A DNA stretch of 64,000 bases from Gnetum montanum (taxonomy: Eukaryota > Plantae > Gnetophyta): positions 1 through 64,000 of the forward strand of contig MNCI01000312.1 of the NCBI GenBank assembly GCA_015680685.1, in the 5' to 3' direction. The notes beneath the pieces were generated by a model. The model was not told the origin of the DNA. It searched no databases and was given only the letters and a program-made list of their open reading frames with translations. The stretch's first letter is position 1. Each line of letters starts with the position of its first letter. The translations under genes and the position numbers were made by a program. Of the stretch, positions 40,779-52,219 are shown piece by piece.

Positions 40779-43700
40779 CTAAACATCAGGGACAGGAGGA
40801 TCATCCCCTTTGGACCCGTTGGCATCATGGACCCCCGCTCCACTGGGGCTAGCTTCTTGGACATCATCATCACCTTGATCCTGGAGATGCAAAATAAACA
40901 ATCAACATAAGGACAAAAGGAAAAACTTTCAAACATTATTTAGTGAACGAATTTCATAATAACAAAATGCTTACCGTAGGGGATCCCCCTAAACCGAATT
41001 CCAGTTGGCGAAGGATTTCCTCTTCTGAGACACTAGTCCAATCGGTCCCATCAAGACCTAGGTCGACATCTACCAAGGCCTTCCCCTTGTCAATAGCTGA
41101 CCAGTTGGGATGCTTTAAATGGAATTCACCCTAGTAGGGGATTCCATCTCAATAGTTGTATTTTGAGCAAAGGTATCAAACGCAGAGCACAGACCCAGAC
41201 CCTCTACAAACATTTCTAGCTGACGCTTCTCAATGAATACTTCTTTCAATGATTTCTTATAATGGTGCTTGTGCTTCCTCTCATCCTGACCCCACTTACG
41301 CACCTTGGAAGAAAAAGCCTTCCAATCTTGTCATTTAAGGTTCAATAGATCTACCTGGGCCTTGCGCTCTGCTAGTTTCTGGGTTAGTGACGCGTGGTGA
41401 TTGAGTAGGTTCCAGTATCTAGTATACGTGACCTCGGAAGTCCGCCAAGAGCGATCACCACTTAGTTTAGCAGAGGCGAACTCATACCGAGCCTTGAAAT
41501 CGTCATGCTCAACTGACAACTCGAAAACTTCCTTCTCCTTTGCTTGAACTTGCAACCACAACTGCTCGATGGAACGCCTACAAGTCCAAAGCGATTTGGC
41601 GTTTTGTACAATACCTTCTGTCACCTTGTCATAAAATGGCCTTGGTACCTTCTTGACTTCTAGGGATAGTGTAGGAAAACTCTCAATGCTAACTATCTTA
41701 GATGGATCCCACCTCATTTTGGCACCTACGCACACGAAAAGAACAAACGCTAAAATGACAAAAATGGGGTGTGAAACTCTAAAGCTTCAAAAAACTTGAA
41801 ACATTTGTACCTATTTCAGGGTGGGCTTCCTGAATACGTTCAACAACCTCCTCAGTGATACCAGCCACAAAATCCATTTTACTTGGCATTTCGGTCCAAG
41901 TAAATGGTCCATGAGTATGGGATGGAGTAACCTCTGCGGTCCTTTCAGGGGGAACCGTTTTCATGGGCACATCCAGCCGCAGCATTCTGGTTTCACTACC
42001 TTCGTCTGGAAGCGATGAAAACATAAAAGTAAAAAATCATAAAATAACAACTCAAAAAGTGACATAATAAAATAAAAGAAAACATACCGTGTTCTTTGTC
42101 TCCTTCTGGGTTTGGAGGGTCACCAAGGTCCAACCTTTCCTTGAGAAAGCTACTGAACATCTCATCGACACCACCCTGGTCATCGACTATTTTAGTCTCC
42201 GTGGTGTTTTCCCGTAGCTCCTCCGTCTCCTCCACCTGATCCTTGCCGACCTCTTCCTCCTCAGTCATTAACTCCTTGGTAGCTTTCTCCTCTTCAATGA
42301 TAGTCTCTAATTCCTGCCTCCTCACTTCTCGAGTCAAGTCTGAAGGCATCAGTGGCATGTAAGCAGTCAAAATAAAAATTATAAATAAGACGAAAATCAT
42401 AAAGCAATAAGTGTACTGAGTTTACTTACCCTGGATAGGCATCTTGAACCAGATGCGCTTCACCCATGGCTCGTCCACATTTGAGGCCTCCTCGGTTGAA
42501 CGTTCATGCTTCGAGAGCTTCGACTTGGCCTTACCAATGGTTTCTTTGATGACCCATTCTGCCCTCTTGGTAGTGTAAGGCACATCGTTTGGTTCCAATC
42601 CTACACTGTCACATGTATGGATTGAGGTACCAGATGAACCTCCCGTCGTGATGGACACTGACTCATCAATCCCCTTAGGAGCATCCTGGGATTCAGCTGT
42701 TTCAAACAAATGGTTGATCCATGGGCGGGATAATTGACCTCGATCCCGTAGGACATATTTATTGTCCACGCGAACCACTTGAAACTTAGCTAAGCGGTGA
42801 ATATAGCTGACAAATAATGCAATGGTAAAGTGGAATTTTGCCTTGACATTCGAGTGCAATCGCACTATCTCCTTGTGAAGGCTCGACAACAAAAATTGGG
42901 CCTAGTTATAACACATCCCGGTTTCTAAGACGGTTCGCATAATATGCACAGCTTCAACACCAAGACTCCGCACATGGGAAAGGAATTTAGGGAATACCCG
43001 TGCCCTAAATAGGGGATATAATTGATTAACTTCCTCAACCTTTGACTTCCCCTACATAGGGAATCCCTTAGCACCCTTGGTAACACCCAACCAGGCCTCT
43101 AACTCACGTACTAGATGGAGCTCTTTCTGAGCCCTGTCCAAAACTACATTTACACCATCTGCCGGTACACCAAATAGGTTCGAAAAGAATTTGGCTGACA
43201 GATGGAAGACTATCTTAACACCCTTAATCCAGGTGCTGTAGTAAGAGACAGACTTGTCGAATGAATCCACGATCCCGATCATTTCTGCTATCGACACATC
43301 AGGGCTCGGGGTTGTAAAGAGCTCCATAAGGCTGGCATCATTTAAACAATGGACAATGAATGGCAGGGCATGGGTGCGCAACCATTTCTGAGCCTTACTA
43401 ATCTCCCCGAACTTCGTCGAGAGGGTACTCTCAGTTCGTCCTATTGTGATAGGGTCTCCGCTGGGAGGGACATCAACTGTAGATACAATTCGAAACCATC
43501 ACATCAATATAACCCACGACAGTTGAACAAACACGTTAACATATCGAGAAAATATTGTCACTTACCTTCAGTAGTGGACTTAGAGGTGCCACCCAAGTTA
43601 GAGTCATGAGGGAAAATTGGTCCCTTATGCGACCAGTCTTCATGCAACCACCCACGAGCTTTGCATTGTGCGAACGCTCTAGAAAATCATTTGTGAAAAT

Positions 43701-45285
43701 GGACAATATCACCCTTGGTTTGAGCTAACACATCTCCACGAAGGGTGGGACCTGCCATAAAGGTCTCTAGAGTGGTATGAGCTAGGGCAAGCCCATCATC
43801 ATCAACACATGTTCTGTCTTGGTTAACTTGGGGCCTACAAAAGAACGGTTGTCAAAATAGAAGCAAATGCCAAACGATAAAAAAAGAAAAAAAAAAGAAA
43901 CAACAAGCTTAAACGATCTTACCTATCTACCCGGTACACTGTGCCAGGAGGGTTCTAGAATAGCATGTGTGCACACGCAGTTAAAAATAGAGTGTTGTTT
44001 AGATAATAATGCCCTCGCGGAAATAGGGCCCACATGAGCACTAACGGGCGAGTAGACCTGGGCCTGCTAGAGGAACCGTCCTTGATCACAAGCGGCCCCT
44101 CGTCAATGTCTTCCATGAAGATCGTGACACCCTTCAAGGCTCCGGGCAACATAGCCTCAAGCATGCTCTGTGCCACTTATTCACTCAGATGCGACCAGAC
44201 AACTACCTTAAATCTGTCCAAGATGAAGGCAAGGAATTCACACGCCCTTCCCTGAACCACACCCCTTTGTTTTTAATGGTGAGATTAGGGGTAGGTTCAT
44301 CAGCCTCAAGGGGGCCAAACCATGCTAGTACTCCAACTAGCTTAACTACCAGGACAAAAGGCTTAGTGTCCCTACTAGAAACCAAAATGTAATGATAAAT
44401 CAGCCATACATGAAAAGGGGATGAAACAACAAAATTCCATATTGTAGGCCAACACTTAGAAAAATTACAAACTGTTTTCAATCAGCGTATACGCTGTTCA
44501 ACAAACTGTTCACGCTCAGTGTATACGCTATAAAAACTATCAGTGTATACACTATGAAAACTCTCAGCGCACACGCTGCTTGAAAGGAACAAACTGTTCA
44601 CGCTCAGTGTATACGTTGTGAAAATCCTCAGCGTATACGCCGTGAAAACCATCAGCGTATACGCTGTGAAACAATTTATGCTGAACATTGTGCAAATAGT
44701 TTACGCTGAACGATGTGAAAACAATTTACGCTATACGCTATGAAAACAGGTCTACGCTATACCCCGCCTGAAAAGAATACACTGTTTACGCTTAGCGTAT
44801 ACGCTATGAAAATCATCGGCGTAGACGCCGAGAAAACCATTAGCGTATATGCTATGAAAACAGTTAGCGTACATGATGATAAAATCGTCTATGCTTCATA
44901 CTGATAAAATCGTTTACGCTATGTACTAGTAAAATTGTTTATGCTACGCACTGACAAAACAGTTTACGCTATATACAGTCAAAACCGTCTACGTTGTACG
45001 CTATAGAGACTCTCTACACTGTGAACCTACAGGCCTTCTACGCTAATTATCTATGCCGGGCATATACACCGAAATCCTCTATGCTACCGAGACTATCTAC
45101 CCTACATAACATGTACAGATGAAAATAACTAACAGAGGCAGGATTAGAGCTTACCTGTGTGATGATCCAGGCCATGATGGAACCCTTAGCCTAGGCAGAC
45201 ACTACAGCATGGCCTCGCTTTCCTCCGCGAAAGTTAGATTAGGCCCCTTCCTCCCCTGGCCTTCTACCTCCTTGCCCTTACCCAT
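40779..45285 (-). pseudogene. E2 antisense spliced accessory gene, ~1065 codons: FCP1/NIF-like pseudo-phosphatase, plant transposon accessory domain, acidic linker, coiled coil. Exons 45285-45155, 44371-43923, 43834-43566, 43476-42430, 42339-42088, 42005-41811, 41725-40975, 40880-40779
   Basis: Seven minus-strand GT-AG introns of 783, 88, 89, 90, 82, 85 and 94 bp. Splice phases join the track ORFs in frame, apart from two 1-nt frameshifts (~44250, ~41140) and a few nonsense codons. A homologue with matching introns lies at 53390-56869. An in-frame upstream ATG also exists at 45384. Confidence 0.85.
44480..45060. repeat. TACGCT / CAGCGTATACGCTG motif array in intron 1 of the antisense gene
   Basis: Many copies of the same motif that fills the family A LTR and 5' UTR. 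Confidence 0.8.
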
Positions 45286-45587
45286 TTCGGCGTTCTCTAC
45301 GCTGCAATTGATAGGGTCTACGCTGAGGTCTAAACCGCATGCTGAATTGAATCTTGTACGTTGAGTCTGAGCCTTTACGCTCATGCTGAGTTGGGGCCTC
45401 TACGCTCACGCTTACGCTAAGTTTAAGCCTCTACGCTCACGTTGAGCCTCTACGCCGGAGTTGAAAGTTTACGCTTACGCCGAAGTTGGAGGTTTACACT
45501 GGGGTTTGGTTGTTTATGCTTATACTGAGGTTTACGCTCATGCTCAGTCTCACTTCAAATGCACAATGCTCACAAATGACATCCCCA

Positions 45588-45601
45588 CGCTATATATAGC
45601 G
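45588..45601. promoter_or_regulatory. Palindromic TATA box, putative internal promoter
   Basis: CGCTATATATAGCG is a perfect 14-bp palindrome, ~300 bp upstream of the antisense ATG and ~470 bp upstream of the pol ATG. Confidence 0.5.
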
Positions 45602-45811
45602 CTGAGCCGCACCGTCGCTGCTGCCTTGCATTTTGTTTCTTTTTATTTATTTATTACTCATTTTAATTAAATTTGTTCAAAAATACAAAAAAATAATATA
45701 TATAAAACAAAAAAAATACTACCACATGTTGATTCCCTCGTAAACCAACTTCAGACGTCCACACTGAACATTTTTGCGCAGACTCTCCTGTGCAAATTTA
45801 ACGGTGAACAT

Positions 45812-45950
45812 CTGGCCCGGTATGGCCTTAAACTGCCATGACGGCCCGGTAAGGCCTTAAACTGCCACCTGCGGATCACAGTCGGCTTGGTAAGGCCTTA
45901 AACTGTCACACGCAGCCCATCTTCGGCCTAGTATGGCCTTAAACTACCAT
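45812..45950 (+). repeat. E2 TAAACT-core repeats, right flank of the cassette
   Basis: Four GGCCYGGTAWGGCCTTAAACT-type units. Collinearity with E1 resumes here. Confidence 0.85.
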
Positions 45951-46070
45951 GTGTCCCGGTGTGATAATAAAACACCATCATGCATGTACACACGACTTAT
46001 GCTGCTAGAGAACATGGAACAATACCTGTCAGCTCATTTTGCTCTCTGTTTATTAGCAGGAGCAAGCCTG

Positions 46071-49000
46071 ATGGATTATCAGCATTTATCCGCACCGTTA
46101 ATCATCGGTGGGCCATGTGGAAAGATCGCAAGGGACATCGACATAAATCTCATCCACTTATGTTTATCAACGAATGACGCAGTCATAGCCTCAACACAGC
46201 AAATGCTATATAAGTACAAAGGTACGACAAAGCCCCTTCACATAGAAGCTGAAAAAATCACCGAAGACCCGTTGACCGAAACCCCCATCTCCATGCCCGA
46301 TGGAGAAATTAAAATATTAAAATTAAGTACATTACTACAACCTCAACTTGCCAAATACATAGAGGATGTTCTTAGGGACAACATAAAAGCATTCGCTTGG
46401 TCATACATGGACATTCCCAGATTGGATCCTTGAATCATCCAGCATAATATTATCCTTGATCCAAAATTAAAGCCAGTGAAACAAAAGGCCCAAAAGGTTA
46501 AACCTGAGGTGGCATTGGCAGTTCACGATGAGATCACCAAGCTTTATCAGGCTGGTTTCATTCGGGCTATCGATTACGCTGATTGGGTATCCAACATGGT
46601 CATTGTCCTAAAAAAGAACAAAAGTATTCGCTTATGCATTGACTTCCGAGATCTCAATGTTGCAACCATAAAAGATGATTTTCCCCTACCCAGCATCAAT
46701 CAACTTGTTGACTCGACCTCTGGGCACACCCTATTATGTTTTATATATGGCTTCTCAGGATACAACCAAATACGCATTAACCCGGAGCATCAGCTCCGGA
46801 CTGCCTTTATGACACCATGGGGAACCTTTTGTTACACAATGATGCCCTTTAGTCTCAAGAATGCTGGGGCCACATATCAAAGGGTGATGACATTCATTTT
46901 TAGCGATTACATGCTGCACTTGCTCAATGAATATGTTGATGAGATCGTGGTTAAATCGAAGACATCAAAACAACACGTACAAGACCTTGACTTGGTGCTA
47001 AAACGTTGTTTAAAATATGAACTGAGACTTAACCCAAAGAAATGTGTCTTTGGAGTCAAAACAAGAAAAATGCTTGGATTCATAGCCTCAGAAGCAGGAA
47101 TACGAGTAGACCTTGATAAAGTTAAGGCCATAACAAACTTAAAACCACCTGGCAACCTTACTGAACTTCGAGGTTTACAAGGTGGATTACAGTTCATCAG
47201 ACGTTTCATAGAAAAACTAACAGACAAGTTGAAACCTATGAACCACTTGCTACGCAAGAACGTCCATTTTGAATGGACTCCACAGTGCCAGGAAGCATTT
47301 GATAATATTAAAGCAACACTTGCCTAATTACCCACGGTTTATCCACCTCAAAATGATAAACCATTTTACATCTACCTGGCCACTTTGGATTCGTCAATCA
47401 CGTCCATGCTTTGCCAGAAACAAGATGATGGAACCGAAGTCTCTATCTATTACTTAAGCCATGCATTAGTTGCCCACGAGAAAAGGTATAACAAGGTGGA
47501 GAGGTCATGTTTAGCCCTAGTCTTTTCCTTAAAGAGATGGTGACATTACCTCTTCCATAACCAGGTCAATATAATTTGCAAGGATAATGTGCTCAGAGCC
47601 ATCATAGGAAACATTTACGAGACAAGTCGAATAGCCCGTTGGAAAGCCATGATAGCCAAGTTTGACCTACATTACATAGTGTAATCATCAGTTAAGGGTC
47701 AAGCCATAGCGAATCAAATGACCATGTCACCAACGCACGATCAAGCAACGATAGAGCCAGAATTCCTAGATGAAAATGTAAGTGCAATAGACATAGTACC
47801 CAATGACTACGATGCCATTTTAAAATTTGATGGAGCATCCACCTCTCGAGGGGGAAGTGCTGCCGCTGTCATCACCTATCCCTTCGGGGAGATCAGAAAC
47901 CCTTTGCTTATCGTTTCAACTTTCGTTGTACCAACAACATAACAGAGTACGAAGGTCTCCTTGGAGGTCTCATGGTAGCACTAGCTTCAGACATCACAAG
48001 CCTTGTGGTTAGAGGAGATTCACAACTGGTTTTGAACCAAGTCACAGATATTTATACATGCAAAGCACAACATTTACAACTATACTGTGACTTGGCAAAA
48101 CACTTAATGAGTCGATTCGAAAACATCGATGTGCAACACGTCTCTAGAAATGATAATACTATCACAGATGCATTGGCCACCCTAGCGTTAAATATATCAC
48201 CTGACATGTTCCATAAGCTCCATAATCAGTTGTGCCAAACCAATAACCGATACTCTCGATACATTGCCAATTGCATCTGTTAGTACAACACACGCGATAG
48301 AATGGTATGACGAGATAAAAGAGTACCTTCTACGCGGTGAAACACCGTAACACTTAACGAATGCACTGGTAGGAGACACATTGTGTCGTCGATCCTACGA
48401 AGGCATACTGCTAACATGTGTTGGTAGCGCTGATGGCCAAACCATCATTGAGCAAGTACATGACGGACTATGCGGAGGACACATAGCACCTAAGGCAATG
48501 GCAAAAAAGATAAGACGCTTAGGCTATTATTGGCCACATATGGAGTATGACTATCTATCCAAGACTAAAACATGTAATACCTATCAAAGACATAGTAATC
48601 TGATCCATGTCCCACCAAATGAGTTGCATACGGAGAAAATCACATGGCCCTTTCAAAGGTGGGGGTTGGACCTTATCGGACCAATAACACCCTCATCTTC
48701 CGAAGGGCATAGTTTCATCATAACCGCAACCGAATACTTCACGAAGTGGGTAGAAGCTATTCCCCTTCGAAAGACCACATCTAAACACGTATGCAACTTC
48801 ATTCTTGAGAACATTGTGACCCGTTTTGGCATCCCCATGACCATCATCACTGACAACGTACCGCAATTCAGCAGTGCCGAAACCAAAAATTTCTATGAAA
48901 ATCTGGGGTTCAAAAAATCATTTTCATCCCCTTACTACCCTCAAAGAAATGGGCAAGTAGAGGCCACAAACAAAACCATCATTATAATACTTAAAAATAT

Positions 49001-49502
49001 GCTTACCCAAAGCAAGAAAAGATGGCACGAATAGCTGGTATACGCATTGTGGGCCTATCGTACTACGCATCAGACTTCAACAGGTAAAACACCATATAGT
49101 CTGGTTTATGGTTCAAAAGTTGTTTTACCTTTGGAATTAGAGGTACCATCTTTAATGATCACACTTTCTGGACTCCTCAACGAAGGACAAAAAAATGACC
49201 TGCGCATCATTGACCTGGACTTGGTGGAGGAGGAACACATACGTACACTCGATCAAATTGAATGGTACCAAAAAAAATAATGGTAACGCCATCAGCATGA
49301 CATTCATAAGTGCCTTATCAAAGAAGGCGACCTTGTACTCAGAGCCGTTCGGGAACACCTGGACAAATTTTCAGCCAACTGGGAAGGGCCCTACTTGGTC
49401 ACCAAAGCATATTACAACGGAGCATTCAAGTTAGCTGATATGGAAGGGAATGAGCTCGCAAATCTGACCAATCACTTGTTCTTGAAACCGTTCCATGTCT
49501 GA
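46071..49502 (+). pseudogene. E2 pol: RT-RH-aRH-INT (stops and frameshifts)
   Basis: Collinear with E1 pol: FAWSY, RLCIDFRDLN, YVDE (YVDD mutated), LKFDGAS, GDSQLV, WGLDLIGP and WEGPY. Confidence 0.92.
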
Positions 49503-49524
49503 ACATAGTCAGGTACGTGCGAGT

Positions 49525-49895
49525 CTTGGCATCATGACTATAAACTGATACCACAGCTTGTCTTGGAATCATGACGGTAAACTGATACCACAGCTCGTCC
49601 TGTAATTATGACAGTAAACTGATACCGTAGAACAGTCCTGGAATCATGACTTAAAACTGATACCACATAGTATCTGCAATGACAATAAACTAGCACCCGT
49701 CCGGTACGATAGTAAACTGCCACAGTTGCATTCACCAGACTCCGCTAAGACTATAAACTAGTTTGCCTCTTCATGCTTCGCTAAGACTAGAAACTAGCAA
49801 TGCACCGTCTGTCATGACGCTAAACGGGAAATGTCCAATGGGTCATGACATAAAACTAACCCATGATAGTCATCTATGACTATAAATTGGCAATT
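49525..49895 (+). repeat. E2 3' tandem array
   Basis: ATCATGAC-N3-TAAACTGATACCAC units, as in E1. Confidence 0.85.
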
Positions 49896-50951
49896 TCATC
49901 TCTGGTTACTCAATCGGTGGCTGCATTCAAGCTTCATCAGAATCGCTGCATCACTTGCCAATCGGCCGATCCTAACGCCATTACTGCCATTCACATACAG
50001 TGCCTGAAATCTCATCAGGTGCATTTGTTTCATCAGTTGCTATCCCAGTCTAAGCTTACTCACTCACTCATGGTTTTCTTATCTTCTCAGAGTTGTGTTT
50101 GTAGGATGACGCTCAGAGGTGTTTGTACAAGAATGCACTTCGTCATAAGAAGCAAGGTGAGATGATGTTCACACACGTGGCAAGACTAAATCAAACCATT
50201 CACTAGTCCATCTCCCATTTCATATCCCGCCTATCCTTCAACACCTTATACTTGGTTACATCTCGAACACATCCAGTACAGCCTGAAACATCGAACATAC
50301 CATTGGATATTGCGCCACTCTTAAGAGGTTGCAACCCACCACATGGCACTAGAGCATGAGTACAAGATCAAAACAAAGCTCTTCAAAAAAAAGAAAAGAC
50401 ACTTGGCACTTCCCATACAAGCCCCAGGCAGGAAGGTATTTGTCTTGGAACCAAGTGCTCGTGTCTAAAACAATCAAGAAACATCCTGTTGCATGGCTTT
50501 GGCTCTCCGCCAACAGGCTCCCCCTAAACACTAAACAAGGGCCATGTTCCTCCATAGAATGTAACACATCATCACGTGGCTTTGGTTTTGCCAATAAGGC
50601 CTCTTGGATACTAACCAAGAGTCTTGTTCCACCAAAGGACACACATCTCATGTCTTTATTCCGAGTCTGCTAAACAATGGTTATTGACAAGGATCAGCAT
50701 GACCCGTGTACACATCAGAACATCCCCTTCACCATGCACAACCTTGATTCCTCCCAAATCCCCACAGTTCCCCTCTCCCTATCAAATACAAATTCCATTT
50801 CCCATAATCCCATGTACTACTGAACACGGTGCGAGGATGTCTAGTCAGGTGGCAAAGGACAAAGTCTCTATCGAGTTGCTTGTGGTGTTTTGCACTTATT
50901 TGTCGATGCTTCTCAGGTCGATTCCTCCAAGCGTCAACAAAGAGGGGCCAA

Positions 50952-52219
50952 TGAAACACCATAAAATTCTGAGCTTGGTACTATTCCAACAAGAATCGAG
51001 CCAAGTCATAATGTTCCCCAGCATGACTAAAGCTTGAGGGCCCCATAGACAGCTTCTAGCAGAGTCGAACTCAACGAGGAGCAGTTCCTTGGGACTCGTT
51101 GACGGCCACAACAACATCTGCTATCAAATATGCCAACTTCGAAGCTCAAAGTACTTAGTTTACACTAAGTATGCATTCTCAGTGTATACGCCCAGCCTAT
51201 ACGCCCAACATTCACAGTGTATATGCCCAGCGTATACGCCCCAGATTGCATCCCCAACATATACGCCCAGCATAGACATCCAACGTACATGCCTAATGTG
51301 TACGCTCAGCAGGTACGACTGATGTATATGCCCGGCATGAAATCCCCGAAGACGGCATGGAAACAGCATTGCAGAGCAAAACTTGGTACGAGGAATTGAC
51401 TCATATGAGCAGAGCAACCATCAGTGTATACGCCCAGCATCCACAGTTTATATGCCCAACGTATACGCCCAGCACGCCCAGCGTATACGCCCAGAGCCTA
51501 CGCCCACCAGATATAGCATATACGCCCTGTAGAGGCAGCATGTTGTACACTTGTAAATTTTATTCTTTCACACTCGGTCAACATGCCACATGTCACCCAA
51601 CCCGAGTCAAACGTCTAAACCTGTATAAAAACCCCAATTTTTCATTAGATAGGGGGGCAATTTTGAGCAAACCAGAGAGAAAAACAGAGACGCTAAGAAC
51701 CAAAGCAGAGAACCTTGTACGCTGGACCTCAACCCTGTACGCTGAGCATACAGCCTCCACGTTGTGCCTGCAATTTGAACCAGCACATAGTCATCCCTGC
51801 ATCCACTAGGGCTATTCATCCGCCTTGTGTGAAAGCCACAACTACGTTAGACCGGTGCATTGTAATTCTCGCTTTGCAATAATATTTCTGCATTTTCTTC
51901 CTAAAATATGTTACAATTTTCCATTTATCATTGCATGTTTGCTATTTACGCTCTGGTACGTTTACACTCCGTTTACATTAGTTACATCGTTTACGCCCTG
52001 TTTTACATTAGTTACGCTGTTTACATATAACCCAGCGTATAGCACTTCGGTGTACGTTCGGGCAAATCCTTGCTTGATCTGCGTGCGGACCACTCAAGGT
52101 ACTCTGCTTTCGTTAATTCTAGCTTGCCCTCAAGAGAAGGTAGGGTCTTCTGTGCGTGTTTGATGATCCCTCGGTTCCTGTTTCCTTCCAGCTGAAGATC
52201 GACGATTTCGGACGGTATA
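50952..52219 (+). repeat. E2 3' LTR
   Basis: A direct repeat of 33985-35258, lying between the PPT and the TSD. Confidence 0.95.

Larger units (their letters stand above)
33985..52219 (+). mobile_element. E2: full-length Tat/Ogre-type element (family A), 18.2 kb, carrying the antisense gene cassette; TSD GCTAG
   Basis: LTRs at 33985-35258 and 50952-52219 (3' end mutated CA to TA). TSD GCTAG at 33980-33984 and 52220-52224. PBS at 35264-35280 and PPT at 50939-50951. Confidence 0.95.

Noticed and set aside
42340-42400. Hydrophobic 'signal peptide' MIFVLFIIFILTAY suggesting an env-like protein
   Set aside because: It is translated T-rich intron 4 of the antisense gene. No TM segment is evident in the spliced model.
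40420-45810. Cassette as an ordinary host gene or an independent nested transposon
   Set aside because: It lies inside a TSD-bounded element, shows no TIR or TSD of its own, and recurs at the same position in a second family.
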